A stretch of DNA of 64,000 bases from Adineta vaga (taxonomy: Eukaryota; Animalia; Rotifera), in contig CP075495.1 in assembly GCA_021613535.1 (NCBI GenBank), forward strand, positions 15,810,001-15,874,000, in the 5' to 3' direction. Both the position numbers and the translations under genes were made by a program. The stretch's first letter is position 1, and every line of letters starts with the position of its first letter. Below the pieces are notes generated by a model. It had not been told where the DNA came from and did no database searches. It saw nothing but the letters and a program-made list of their open reading frames with translations. Below are positions 36,754-50,609 of the stretch, one piece after another.

Positions 36754-37400
36754 CAGTAGAACCTTGTATACTGAACTTCCCCCTTTGTGAACAACCTGTT
36801 TAACTGAATACCTTCAGAAACATCCGAGCACATTTTGCCGGTTTTGCGCCCTTCATATATGAACACTCTTTCATTCAGAAATGTGAACACTATTTGTGAT
36901 CCCGACTGTATATATTAATCTTGTAATGTGAACAATATTAGATGTCGCCATATATTGATACATTATAAAGCTGTCTCTACAAAATGAATTTTAATGAATT
37001 TTATTGGTTATGTAGTTGTATCCGTACGCACTACAGATAGAAGAGAGACAATGAGAGAGTTATTCTTTCAATATTTATCTATTAATTATGGTTGCAAGAA
37101 TTAACTTAAATTTAGAACAAAACGTTAATTTAATTAAAGAAAATGAACAGGGAATGTCCTATAAACAGCTGAAAGACAAATTTAATGTATGAGTTGCCAG
37201 TATATCGAATATTTTTAAAAGAAAAAATGAATATCTTGACAATTAATGAATGTAACAAGAGCAAAAGAATGAAACGAAAATCAACAAACAACCTTACTCA
37301 AGAAATAAGTGAGAAAAATTACGAGTGGTTTATTCTTCAAAGATCAAAAAGAATACACATATCTGGGCCCGTATTTCATGATAAATAATAATAATTTATC
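36754..37400 (+). mobile_element. Tigger/pogo transposon, 5' half with degraded transposase
   Basis: TA followed by the TIR CAGTAGAACC. From the ATG at 37088: MVARINLNLEQNVNLIKENEQGMSYKQLKDKFNV*VASISNIFKRK...YEWFILQRSKRIHISGP (psq/CENP-B HTH) with stops. No 3' TIR seen. Confidence 0.8.
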
Positions 37401-37540
37401 TTGAGGGTGTGGTTGTGTTTCTGTAAAAGCTATCCGTATTGAGACGCCTAATAGCTGAATAACTGAATAATTGAATTCATCTTTCGAGTATGACACTACT
37501 GTTCGATATAATGAACTATTTAACGTTCTCTATCATTTTA

Positions 37541-37975
37541 TCCATAAAATAACAAAACGTTATATTCCATTTTGGAATTTTTCTCTCTATGGTCCAATTA
37601 AATCTTCGATCCAACTAACTTTTATAAAAAAATGTTTTTTTCAATTTTCATTTGTTTTATTTAAAAAGGATGGAAAAACTTCTGTACCAAGTAAACAATG
37701 GTATTTAACACAATGAAATTAACAAATTTTTCTTTAACTAAATGTGAATATTTATTCATATCAAACACTTGATCGTTATCATTTAAATAAATTAAATATT
37801 TCATTTTTCTTTTTTCTTTTAAAAATATTTCTTTAGAATTATCCACAATATAATTATTTTCAAGTTGATTCATTTCATTTTGATATTAATAAAAAAAAAA
37901 GGAAAACGTCTTTTATATTATCCAATTTATATTATCAATTATAAATATGGTTCAACTGATTTTACATGTTTAGTT
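37541..37975 (+). pseudogene. Inverted, deleted copy of the middle of the DnaJ gene at 5064-6651
   Basis: ITKRYIPFWNF.LYG, GKTSVPS.QWY and RLLYYPIYIINY.YGSTDFTCL are colinear with about 6410-5790. Intron sequence is retained. Confidence 0.85.
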
Positions 37976-39156
37976 GGTTGATTATTTTTTCAAAAATAAA
38001 TTTTAGTCAATGTCATTGTTATTTATATTCATAGACAATAAAAGATTAGGATTATATAAATAATCAATTTCAAGATGATTTATTTAAAACAATTTAATTT
38101 AATTGATATTCATAATGATTATATTGAACAATTTCTTTATCGGTTTATTATTATATTCTTTAAAGAGTAACAAATTCATTTTATACGAGAATATAAAAGT
38201 AAAAAAATATTCACTAACTATTTTCTACACAGATATTTTAAATTATAAATAATTTCATGATGAAAATATGACTATGTTTAGTCATTATATATGTCATTGT
38301 TATGTTTAAAATATATTAAATTGAAAAAAGAGTCAAAGATGAATATAGTTTTACATGTTAAGTTCGTTAATTCAATAAATAGTTCATAGAAATTCATGAT
38401 ATAGTATAATCTATCTATAGTCGAACATTTTGTAAACAAAACTTTATTGATTATAAAGATACAGATACAGATACAGATATATATATAAGATATAATTTTT
38501 GAAAAAAACAAATTATTTGATTTAATGAATTATTCAATAAAATAAAGTTTATTCACATATTATCTTTATTATCAAGATAGAATGACAAGAAATTAGTCTT
38601 TTATTCTTTTACCAAAGTTATTCATCGATAATATTATATGATCAATAAATAAATATATGTAGATTTTCTTTTACAATATTCTATTAAACAACAATATGGA
38701 AAATTCTTTTTCTTTATAAACATTGAAAATTTTGAGAAATATTCGAAGAAAATATGACAAACAAAAACACTTCTATTATTAGAACATATCAGATTCAAAT
38801 TGAATATAATTAAATCTTCGATTTCAACTTCATCACTTCTAGTAATTCATCTGTTTTGTCAATTGACATTTATTTTTACTTATTCAATCAAATTAGTATC
38901 TTATGAGATGATATTTATAGAAATCTGTTCACAATCCGAAATATATCATCTTAAGAGTGTATATTTAATTTACAATTTGTTTCATATTTATCAAATCTAC
39001 TTGGTAAGAAGATAAATCACTTCTGTTTATGAAAAGAAGAATTCTTTTCGTTAAGTAAATATAATCATATTATTGATTAACAAATCTTTTTCTTTTATTT
39101 TTTTATTAATTCATTGAAAAATAGAAAAATAGAAAAAGAAACAAAATGAAAGAAGA

Positions 39157-41123
39157 TTATATTCGTGGAAAAGTTTTCATTGATTGATTATCTTCTTGAT
39201 TTGTTTTTATTGAATCTAAAATAAATATAAGAAAAAAGAAAAAAAGTTTGAAAATGAATTTACTTAAAATAGAAATTTGTTCAATTTTTTTTCTTTCAGA
39301 TGTTATTTGATTAATCCATGGATGATTTAAACCTTGTAAAGGTGTTAAACGTTCATTTGAATTCCATTGAAAACATCGAGAAAGAAAATCTATACAATTA
39401 AAATCATTTGTTCGAAGAATATGTGACAATGGACGACTTCCAGGACGACATTTTCTCACAGATTTTGGTGAATGACATCGAGGTTGACCTTTCGAATCTT
39501 TTCATCATAAAAAGAAATATTTAATTTAAATATTTTTTAATAAAAACAAACCAAAAAAAAGATCTTTTCTTGTTCCTTGTTGAATAAAATCATATGGTGG
39601 AATATTAAATACTTCAATTATCATTTCTAATTGTTCTTGTTCATTTTCACCTGGAAATATTGGATAACCAATGAATAATTCAACAATAATACAAGCTAAA
39701 CTCCACATATCAATTGCACATGTATATGGAATACCTAAGATAATTTCAGGTGCACGATAAAATCGAGATTGAATATATGTATAAACTATTATTTGTAATC
39801 AAATCTTTATTTATGATTAGAAAATAAAAATGATTTTACTTTTATTTGATTGAAAACAACCTGAACCAAAATCAATAATTTTGATTTGTGAACTTCCTTT
39901 TTCTTTTAATAAAATATTTTCCTAAATATAAAAAAAACTAAATATTTTATTTATAAATAAAAATCAAATAATTATTTTACTGGTTTCAAATCACAATGAA
40001 TTATTTGTTGATTAAATAATATTTGAAGAGTTTGTAAAATCGAATAAGTAAAACGTTTTATTAAATTTGATGAAAATCCATGAAAATGATTTCTTTGAAT
40101 TAATTCATATAAATTAATTCTTAAAAAATCAAATTAAATTTAAAGAACAAAGAGAAAAAGAAAAAATTTATTTACCCAAGTAATTCAAATGTAATACAAA
40201 GATGTGAACGAAAAAGAAAATATTCTTTAATATGAACAATATGAAATGAATTAAATTGATCTAAGAATTTTAATTGTTTTAATATTTGTATTTCAATAAA
40301 AGCTTGTTGATAAAAACGTTTTTTATTTTTAAGAATTTTTAAAGCAATAAATTCATTTGTTTTATGATCAAAACATTTCATAACAATACCAAATGAACCT
40401 TTACCTAATAATTCTAAAATTTCATATCGATAATAAATTTGATCATATAATATTTGTTTATAATAACCATTTTCATCATCATAATCTTTTAAAAATTTAA
40501 CATTTAATTTTTTTGCTTTTAAACCAAGATAATAAATAATATTATATTCTAAAATTTCATTTTTTTCAAATTCATTTAATTCATCTTTATAATATTTTAA
40601 AACATCTGAAGATTTTAATGGAAATTGAAATGATTTTGATAAATAATATGAATTTGAATAAATTGATGAAAAACTTTGATTTGAATTAAATAAATCATCT
40701 GTTATTGATAAATGAAGATTATCTTTTGAAAAAGATTTTAAACTTCCATTATAACAACTTTTTTCTCTTTTTAAATATCGACTTTTTAAAAGATTTTTTG
40801 AATTTTTATCAGAAGAATTTAAAGAATCATTTATATTATTTAATGATCTATTATTTCGTTTTTTTATTAAATAATCATGATCAATTAATAATGGTTGAAT
40901 CGATAATTTCTTTAAAAAAATAAAATTAATTTATTTACTTTTTTTATTTTATTTCATATAACAAACTTTGGGTTTTGTTAAAGGTTTTGATATAATTGAT
41001 AAATCAATTTGATTTGATGAAATATTTTTCTTTAAAAAAAAGATATATATTTTAATAAAATAATTTAGAGATAAATTTGTATTTTACTTTAGAAAATTGT
41101 CTTTGTTGATTAAGAAAAGCCAT
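39157..41123 (-). CDS. Dual-specificity tyrosine-regulated kinase, class II (DYRK2/3/4-like)
   Basis: DH box [28 protein letters not shown] and [13 protein letters not shown] (YxY activation loop). Multi-exon; the start codon is inferred. Confidence 0.92.
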
Positions 41124-41755
41124 TGGAGATAATAAAATAACTTTTCTCGTCTTTTCAAATACAAAACAAGTCAACTAAATTTTTCTTTTTAAATGATTAT
41201 TTCTTCTTCTTCTTCTTCTTCTTTTGTTTTTAATAAAGAAAAAAGAAAGTAAATAAACTAACTTGATTAGAAATTGTTGTTAATGTTGAATCGTTTAAAG
41301 AAAATAGATTTCTTTGTTTTTGACGATTTCTTTATTTCGTATTAAAATCAAAAGAAGAAGAAGAAGAAATAATTGAAAGTTCTTTTGTCATATATATTGA
41401 TTCATTTCAATGATTTCTTTCTAAATAAACAAAAGATTTTATGACATCAATTGAAAATATTTCATTTTTTTTTTATTCAATTCATTGATATTTTATGCAA
41501 AAGATGAATCCTTTTAAATTCACAAGAATAGAATCATGAAATATAAATATATTCATACAAAACTTTTCGATTCATTTCAAATCAATCGATGAAACATTTC
41601 AAATAGATTTTCATATCGGAAATAATATCTTCAATCTTTTTCTTTAAAAAGATGTCGCATAGAAAAACAAATTCTATTTTTCTAGAGGTTATTTCATAAC
41701 AATAAATATATATAAGGAAGTATAAATGAGACTTTTCACAATATCATAAACAAAT

Positions 41756-42060
41756 AAATGTGGAAATTTCGGATTTTATCTAAGAGTTATATGTACTGCA
41801 AAAAATGGATGAGAGAGATGAATCATTCGAGAATGTCTATATTCATCAAAATTAATACGAAAATAAAATATTTTGAGAAAAAAAAACCCTGTATCTCCCC
41901 TCAGGGATGCTCTGGCCAATGATGACAATTTTTTCGATAACTCAGCCATTTCTTGAGATATTGATGAGACAATTATGTGCACAAAGTTTCAGCTCAATCG
42001 AATGTAGTTGTAAAGAGTTATCGTGTTATAATAGTGTACTCACTTTTTCAGTACACTAAA
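41756..42060 (-). mobile_element. Internally deleted second copy of the HINE/DINE-1-like element
   Basis: Reverse complement of both ends of 25568-26309, with the hairpins and subTIR kept. The microsatellite and about 400 bp of the core are missing. Confidence 0.8.
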
Positions 42061-42716
42061 TATAACGTTTTAGAAAAACGTTCTTTTTTTTGTTCGTATT
42101 AAATATCTACTCATAATGATAAATATGATCTCGTTTCTCTCTGAACACGACTGTTTCTGACTGTTCTACTTTCACTTGGATAATATGTATAAAACAGATA
42201 AAAAGCACGTTGAGAATATCTTTTGTAATAAAAAAATTTCATTTAAATTTAAATATTTATTTCTAAAAGAAAAATGTTTTTATAAATAAAGTAAAGAATG
42301 GAATAATAATTAATTAAACTCTTCTATCTAATATATATATATATATAAAAAAAAGACTCATCAATCATTGGATTGACCGGACAGAAGAGTGAGAGTGAGA
42401 GAGAAAGAGAAGTTGACCGGATAGAAAAAGAAAAAAAACGGAAATGAATTGAAAAATGGTCTAATTAACAAGACAAACAGTGAAAGTCATCGACGCCATT
42501 GAGTGGAAAACAATATATATATGTATATGTATATGAATGAAAGATTGACATCATATTCAATGAAACACCACAAGATACATGAACTAAATATATACATACA
42601 TACATACATACATTCATTCATTGACATGATTACTTCTCTATTTGAAATATTCCAATCAACTAAACACATTAAAAACAGCAGGAGATGAAATTTATTTTAA
42701 CAAGAAATTTCTTTTT

Positions 42717-43109
42717 CTATTCAGATAAATGATCTTGTTGTTGATATTGATCTTGCCAATAATAAAGATTTTCTTGTTTAATATCAATTGGAAAATAAAC
42801 ATTTGTTTGTTCTTTTGAATAATTTGATGCTGATTGAAGTAATTGACGAAGATTTTCAATATAATTCATTGCTGATTTTAATGTATCAACTTTTGAAAGT
42901 TTTTTATTATGTTTTTCATGTGGAATATGTTGACGAAGTATTTCAAAACAAGCATTTATATGACGAACACGATTTCTTTCACGAGCATTTCGACGTGTTG
43001 TACCAATTTTAATTTGTTTTCGACCACCACGATTTCGTTCAAATTGTTCTTCTTGTTCTTCTTCTTCTTCTTCTTCTTGTTGTTGTTGTTGTTCTTCCAT
43101 GTTAAACAT
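42717..43109 (-). CDS. Achaete-scute family bHLH transcription factor
   Basis: RRNARERNRVRHINACFEILRQHIP...KKLSKVDTLKSAMNYIENLRQLL. Intronless; the first ATG is at 43109. Confidence 0.9.
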   Translation of the reverse strand: MFNMEEQQQQQEEEEEEEQEEQFERNRGGRKQIKIGTTRRNARERNRVRHINACFEILRQHIPHEKHNKKLSKVDTLKSAMNYIENLRQLLQSASNYSKEQTNVYFPIDIKQENLYYWQDQYQQQDHLSE

Positions 43110-44286
43110 TTTCAAAATGTTAAATGACCTTCTCAATATGTTCTAAATGAATAGAGAAGAGAAGAGAAGAGAGAGAAAAGAAAAGAAAGATCATTGGTCA
43201 ATAAATCTTGTCAATTTAATAAAGAATGAAATAGAAGAGAATGTGAATATTAGAATAGTGGATTAAATTTCGAAAAGAAATGACATAATCTTCAATTGAT
43301 AAGCTGATCCTTGTTCATCTGATGTAACTCTTCTTTCTTTTCATCTTTGCTTTTCTTATTAAAACGAATAAGAATCAGTAGCATATGAACAACTCACTTT
43401 CATTCATTTGATCAAAAAAAAGAAAAGAAAAGAAAAGAGAATGAGATCACCTGCATCCGACAACAAAATATTTTCTTTGAATAAAACAAAAAATGTCTCA
43501 ATTAATGATCTGGAAGAAGTTTAACAGACCATTATTTGATTTCATTTCAAATGAAAACATGAACGAATTTGTTAATCATTTTAACAATGAATGTCAATTT
43601 TTCTTTTTTTTTTTTATTTGAATAAATAAAACACCTGGAATAATATCACAATAGAACAAATCAAATAATACCGCTTTCTTTTCTTTTCTTTTGTCAAACT
43701 AATCATTATTGAACAATATCGAATGATTTTCTTTTTCCGGACATTTCTTAATTATCATTAGTCAATTTCTTTAGATCTTTAAGGAAGGAAATATTTTATA
43801 GAAAATCATCAAAGATTTATTTGGTTTTTTTTTTGTTTTAAAATTTTATTTTCTAAATGAAATCAAATCTATTGAGTATGTGAGATTATTTATTGAAAAT
43901 ATGTGTGAAAAAGGAAATGTCGCGGAAGAGAATATAAAACGGATATGATATGTGAAGTTCATCTCTCTCTCTCTTTTCTATTCTATTCATTTATCAATAA
44001 GAATAGAAAAATGAATCAACCAATGAAATTCATTTCACTTGAATTAATAAGAAAAAAAAGCAAAGATTCATTTTTGTGAATTGTTTTTTCGATTGGATAA
44101 TAAAATCTTCTTCAATATTTAATCTTTGACGCCATGAACAAGTTAAGTATATTTATCAACATAGATTTTTATTCAATTATTCCATCTCATATATTTATAA
44201 GGTTTGTTGATCATTTTACAGAATGATTAATTATCATATCTATAAAATGAAGATTAAAACTAAAAGTTTGATTGTTTCAATATTAA

Positions 44287-44838
44287 CCCTTTCAGGACCG
44301 GCTTATTTTGAGAAGAAAAAATAAGCATACAGATTGTTCGAACTTTTGAAAACGAATTATTTTCTTGTCAAAATCATCAACAAATGAACATTAGAAAGCT
44401 TCCAAAACATAATTCTCTGCAAAATTTAGGATTACACAGTAAAACTGCATAATGGGAGATGAAACAATGTCTTTGAATACTATTTCTTAAAATGAAAGCA
44501 ATGAAATGACGATCACTGGGACGTATTGAACAATCTGTTGATGGTCTTCGTTTCATCTGCGGTCGCTTTGTTCTGTATCTCGAAAGTTCCTGATAGAGAA
44601 TACTAGAGAAAGATTATATCGTCATGTACTATGATAGACAAAAAAGGGAAAAGGTATGCACAGGCTGGAAGGAAGAAGAACTTATGGCATTCAGAACTTT
44701 ACAAGTCACCACAGGAATGTTTAAAAAAAGTAGTCTCAACTTTACTTCAAAGAGACGTGCAAAAAAATCGAATTTCTACTACGGCCATATCACATGAATT
44801 TTCAATGACGTTTTAAAACGTTATCGGTCCTGAAAGGG
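44287..44838. mobile_element. piggyBac-type MITE (552 bp)
   Basis: Perfect 14-bp TIR CCCTTTCAGGACCG / CGGTCCTGAAAGGG. The flanks are TTAA and TTTA. Confidence 0.85.
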
Positions 44839-44940
44839 TTTATTAACTATGACAAGAATTCTTGAATATTTTGTTTTAATAAAGAATTTATAAAAAAGAT
44901 CGACACATTTTTAATACAAGAAATAAAAACAAATGAATAT

Positions 44941-46099
44941 TTATGATGTTCTTCCAGTTAATAAAAGTTGTAAACGTTCATTTAATTGTTTTTCTTTATT
45001 TAATAATGATGTTGTATAATTTTTATAAGCAAAAAATTCCTTAAAAAGAAATAAAAATAAACTAATTTTAAAGATAAAAAAAAAGGAAAACTAACTTGTT
45101 GAATTGAATCAACTTTAGTTTGACTTTGAATTAATTTTTCTTGAATTTGTTTAATACGAATATCAGAATTAACACGTTCTTCTTCATTTCTAAAGAAAAG
45201 ATAATTGAAAAAAAGAAATTATTTTAAAATCTCACATAAATCTTTGTTTTGCTTCTTTTAATAATTGTTCTGTTTTATTTAATTGTTGACGAAGTTTTTC
45301 TTCACCAGAAGAAAAATCCTAAAAAAAAAGGAAAAAGATTAAAAAATTAAAATTCAAAAATTCAAAATACTTGAAGACGTTTTTCAAGTTTATTGATTTG
45401 TTCTTCAAGAGATTTTTTCTCTTTTTCAACTTGTTGAAGATCATTTCGATGATTTTTTTGAATTTGTTCAATTGATTTATCTTTTTCATTAAGTTTTTCT
45501 TCACTTTCTAAGAGAAAAAATGAAGATGAGATTTTGATCTAAATGAAAAGAATGTTCAAACTTTGAATTTGATTTTGTAATTGTTGAATTTGATAAATTA
45601 ATTTTTGAATTTGTTTTTCTTTTAAAATTAATTTTTCTTTTAAATCATTTTCAATAAAATCTTTTTTTTCTTTCTCTGATTTTAATAATTGTTCTAATGA
45701 ATTAATTTCTTGTTTTAAAGATAAAATTTCTTGTTTAAATTCATTAAATTGTTGATTATTAAATAAAATTTGTTCATTATTTTCTTGTTCTTTGATTTTC
45801 CATTGATAATTTGAATTTTTTAATTGTTCAATAGTTTGATTTAATATTTGAATTTGTTCATTTTGATTTTCATTATTAAATTGTTGTTGTTTTAATTCAT
45901 CTAATTGATATTCTAAATCAATAATATGTTTATCTAAACTCATATTTGTTAAAATATATTCATCATTTCGTTTTTTTAACATCATAATTAAACGTGCTTG
46001 ATCATCAATACGACATTTTAATTTTCCAATTTCACTTTTTTCATCCGAAGATATTCCTCGTAAACGAGATATTATTTCATCAGATGTTTGATCAACCAT
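44941..46099 (-). CDS. Coiled-coil protein, CCDC89-like
   Basis: N-terminal LKCRIDDQARLIMMLKKRNDE and C-terminal YTTSLLNKEKQLNERL recall the conserved CCDC89 ends. Multi-exon. Confidence 0.7.
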
Positions 46100-47066
46100 T
46101 GATTTTTATATTCTACTAAACAACTAACCTCCTTCGTTCTTTTTAATCATTCGAATGAAGAAAGAAAAAGAAATGGCAGCATGGAATATGATTAGAACAG
46201 AAATAGACTAAAGAAATTTTGTTTATATAGGAGAATGAAGTTTTTCTTTTCTTTTAATGATAAAGAATTTATTTTTTATCCTTGAAATTTAATTAAAATA
46301 GAAAATCTGTACAATCTCTTTTATTTTCTAATAATTCTATTAATAAATCAGTTAACAATATTATAAACATTCACTACGATGAGAAATTCAGAAAATTATG
46401 TTAAAAAATTTCACGTGTTCATGATGATGCTTAGTAAATGTTATTAAAAGAGAATTTTGTTTCTACAATTGAAATAATAATTCTTGAATTTTTATTGACT
46501 AAAGAAAAAGAAAAATTTAAATATATTTACACGAAGGGTGTTGCTTAGTGAAATTATATGAAGAAAAAGGTAAAAGGAAATAAAAGTTATTTGATTACTT
46601 CTGTGTTGTCATTGTAACGGTTATTGAAATATATATTTTATCTATATGAATCCCTTCATCGAATATTAAACCTTCTCTCTTATTGTTCTATCATGTGTAA
46701 CCACTCGGATATAATAAGTTTTGTTCAATAAAAAAAAGACATAGACAATTAGAAATAAGATAAGTAAATATTTTCATTATAATTTGATTTTGTTTTTATT
46801 AATAATAAAGAAATGTTCAAGTTTTTCTTTTCTAATTAGATTTATGTATCTTCTTTTTCCTATTTAATCTTTTTTTATATATTTATTCTATGATAAATAG
46901 AAAAGAACAAAAGATTTTTCTTTGAATCAATGGAATTAAATATGAAATAATGAATTTGATAAAGAATGAAAAGTTTCAATGTTTATTAAAGAAGAAATAG
47001 AACTAAACTAACTAGTTTTATCTAAAAAAATGTTTTCTTAAAAAAAAAATCATAAGTTCATGATAA

Positions 47067-47408
47067 TTATTGTTGTTTTTGAAGATGTGATTCAATTTTT
47101 TCAATTTTTCCTGATGGATTAAATGTATATGTTGTATCATATGTATGATTATTATAAGATATTGTTGCATGTGCTGTATTTTCATTTGAATCATCTTGTT
47201 TAAAATCAACAATTGTCCATTGAGCTGATGGATTAGCTTCATGTTCCATTGAATAATATTCTCGAGCTTCTTGAAGATGTTTAAAAACTGTTTTTGTATT
47301 TTCTTGTTTTGTTACATTAACATCAAACACTTTTTCAAGATGATTAACATGACGAGCATTGACTATTTGTGTAAATTGTTCAACGGTAGATTTGTGTGAA
47401 CCAGACAT
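47067..47408 (-). CDS. Small NTF2/SnoaL-like fold protein
   Basis: 113 aa. Helical N-terminus LEKVFDVNV, then beta-strand pattern ending YTFNPSGKIEKIE. Confidence 0.65.
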   Translation of the reverse strand: MSGSHKSTVEQFTQIVNARHVNHLEKVFDVNVTKQENTKTVFKHLQEAREYYSMEHEANPSAQWTIVDFKQDDSNENTAHATISYNNHTYDTTYTFNPSGKIEKIESHLQKQQ

Positions 47409-47679
47409 TTTCTTATTTCGAATAGACGATTATAATCTTAACGTGTAATGTCGATGTGCGTATTTTATTCAAATGATGATATCAAACTTCTACGGACTTT
47501 TGTTATATCCAATAAAATATCATTGGTGGATTTTTTCGTCTTTTCTTTTCTTTTCTTTATTATTGCGTAGTACATTTACGTACAAACATAGAAAGTTCAA
47601 GTAAGTTCGTTTTGACTAAATATAGGTCAATAGGACATCATTTATTTCAATTTAAAGGAAAAGAAAATGTAAATTTGTT

Positions 47680-48206
47680 TTTTTCGCATGTGATCTTGAT
47701 TTTGATCGTTTTTTTAACCATTTATCAATTGTATGATGAATATCAGATTTATAACGTTCAGCTAAATTCAAAAATTCTTGTTTTGATAAAGTTGAATATT
47801 CTTCTAAACGATCATTATAATAATTTTCTAAAATTCATTTTTACAATGACGTAATTTTGTTGCTAATAAAGCACAAGCTTTAAGATAATCTCCAATTGAT
47901 TCATCTGTTTGTGCTTCTCTTTTCATTCGTGAATGAAATCTTGAAAAAGCTTTTGCACATGATAATTGTTGTAATGCTTCAATATCTTCTTCACTAAATG
48001 GTCGAGGTTTTTTTCTAAAACCTCTTCGTCTTTTTGATTGAAATTGTTTTGTTGAAAATGGATCAATTGGATTATCATTTAAATCTTAATCGTTTACATA
48101 ATCATAATGAATTAATTTAGTCAATATCTGATAATAATTGTTTTTCTAATAATAATGATGATGCAGTAACTGTTTCACTTTTATGTTGATCAAACGTTAA
48201 AGCCAT
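47680..48206 (-). pseudogene. Tandem pseudogenised duplicate of the gene at 49514-50161
   Basis: Colinear with about 49585-50161. It carries a GAA to TAA nonsense change at about 48087 and deletions. Confidence 0.88.
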
Positions 48207-49513
48207 ATTACCTTCTATTTTACTATCTTACTGAACAAAAATCAATCGATTTATTTCTTTTTATCCAATTGGTATATGTTCAATTCGTTCAAAGTAAAGC
48301 AATACAATGACCTTTTGAAAGTTTCTTTTTAAATTAAATTAATTATAAATTAAACGAAATTTAATTTTAATTTTCATATTCATTTGAAATCTTTTATTTA
48401 CAACGACAACTATAAACTGATGATTTAGATTTATCAACGTATTTTAAACAAAGAATTTTCTTATGAAATCAAGTTTATTCAAATATAAGTACGAGCAGAT
48501 AGAAGAAGAAGAAGCACGATATAAATGCGCATTATGTATGATGAATATATTTGGTTTTATATATGTTCGAAAGAATTTCGACTACATTTATTTGATTTCA
48601 GTTTAACGATAATACATCTGAAAGAAAAATAAGATACATACTTGTAAAAAAAAGGGCTTTTACCTGGATCCTTTTGTAGAATTTGATAGTTGAGTATCTG
48701 ATGATGGATGTCTAAAATAATAAGATTCTATAGATATTTATATTGAAAAAAACTACTGACATTAGAAGAGAATCAAAATTATGTAATTTGATTGATATTG
48801 TTGAATGGTCTGCCAAATACTCAATAGATGAAATGCTAATTGCTGCATCATCTTTTCATATATGTCAAGCTTGAAGTTTGTATTCAATTGAAATCTTAAA
48901 TCGAGTTTTCAATTAAATTCAAGTTTCAAGTTTGACACTACTGGCGTTGTCGAATCAATGATACTTATTTCAAAATTAGCAGAATATTTGTATTTAAGTT
49001 GTTTATCACCAAATGTAAATGTAATTACTTTTATTTCGAACGACGTTTTGAAGAAAAATCATCTGTAACTAAAAAAAATCTCTGTATGTTATCAGACTAC
49101 TCTCTATTTGGATTGGTAAAAATTTATTTCATTTTTCGTGCGTTTCATTTCGAAAATAAATTAGTTCTATGTACAGAATTTTTAATCTCAATTTCTATAA
49201 TATTTCCTATTAATAAAAATGTCATTAATAAATCCAGATATCGCTATGATCTCTTAGTGAAAAACTGTTAATTAAGTTATCAGATAAAAACAGACATCAA
49301 CTCGGAAACTATGTGAACATAAGATCTTCAAATGAATTCTTCATCATCAAAGCAATATCCTTGAGAAAAAGATATCATATCAGACAAACAGATGATATTC
49401 TTACATGATTTATTCCTATTGTGAATTAATAAAAGTAGAAATCAAATTATCATACAAAAAAAGAAATTGAACTAGTTGTATTTCTAATGATACAATACAA
49501 AAGAACAAAAAAA

Positions 49514-50161
49514 TTATTTCTTTGCTAAAGCTTCTAAAGCATCTGACAACATATTTCTTTTATATTCTCCAGGATTATTTTTTTTTGCATGTGATCTTGA
49601 TTTTGATCGTTTTTTTAACCATTTATCAATTGTATGATGAATATCTGATTTATAACGTTCAGCTAAATTAAGAAATTCTTGTTTTGATAAAGTTGAATAT
49701 TCTTCAAGACGATCTTTATAATAATCTTCAATTTGTTGATCAGCATAATCATTTTCTAAAAATTCATTTTTACAATGACGTAATTTTGTTGCTAATAAAG
49801 CACAAGCTTTAAGATAATCTCCAATTGATTCATCTGTTTGTGCTTCTCTTTTCATTCGTGAATGAAATCTTGAAAAAGCTTTTGCACATGATAATTGTTG
49901 TAATGCTTCAATATCTTCTTCACTAAATGGTCGAGGTTTTTTTCTAAAACCTCTTCGTCTTTTTGATTGAAATTGTTTTGTTGAAAATGGATCAATTGGA
50001 TTTTCATTTAAATCTTCATCATCATCTTTCTTTTGTTGATCATCTTCATCACCATAACCATAATTAATTGATTCATCAATATCTGATAATAATTGTTTTT
50101 CTAATGATAATGATGATGCAGCAACTGTTTCACTTTTACGTTGACCACGTGTTGGAGCCAT
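49514..50161 (-). CDS. Hypothetical charged protein (215 aa) with acidic patch and NLS-like basic clusters
   Basis: Intact ORF with host-like codon usage, KRRRGFRKKPR, and a splice acceptor just upstream of the ATG. Confidence 0.75.
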   Translation of the reverse strand: MAPTRGQRKSETVAASSLSLEKQLLSDIDESINYGYGDEDDQQKKDDDEDLNENPIDPFSTKQFQSKRRRGFRKKPRPFSEEDIEALQQLSCAKAFSRFHSRMKREAQTDESIGDYLKACALLATKLRHCKNEFLENDYADQQIEDYYKDRLEEYSTLSKQEFLNLAERYKSDIHHTIDKWLKKRSKSRSHAKKNNPGEYKRNMLSDALEALAKK

Positions 50162-50609
50162 TTTTCTACACTAAAATTTGTTTTTGAAAAGAAAGGTCAA
50201 TGTTAAGATTCATCTATTAACCAATCGATGTTCAATTTGTTCATAACAATAAAATCGATTTTTGATAATTGTACTTTTTATTAAGATTTTTTCCTTTTCG
50301 AAATGAAATTAAAATTTCGAAAGAGAAAAGATTTTTCTTCTTTAAAAAATAAATTCTTTTCTCGTTTTTTACTTTAAAACGACATCTATTGGAAAAATAA
50401 ATATAGAAGTTAATCTTTGATTTTTTCATTTAAAGATTATTGATTTGAAGATTCATAATAATAAAAATGATATTTCATAGAAAAGTTTTTCATGATTGAA
50501 ATGATCAATGTAAAGAAATATTTATTCTAATTGCGTATCAATTTATTTCTCTAAAAATATATCTTATAGAAAAGAAAAAGAAAAATGACATTGATTAATT
50601 ATATTCAAT

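Noticed and set aside
38457-38486. Microsatellites (AGATAC here, TACA at about 42590, AG/AT runs elsewhere)
   Set aside because: Ordinary short simple repeats.
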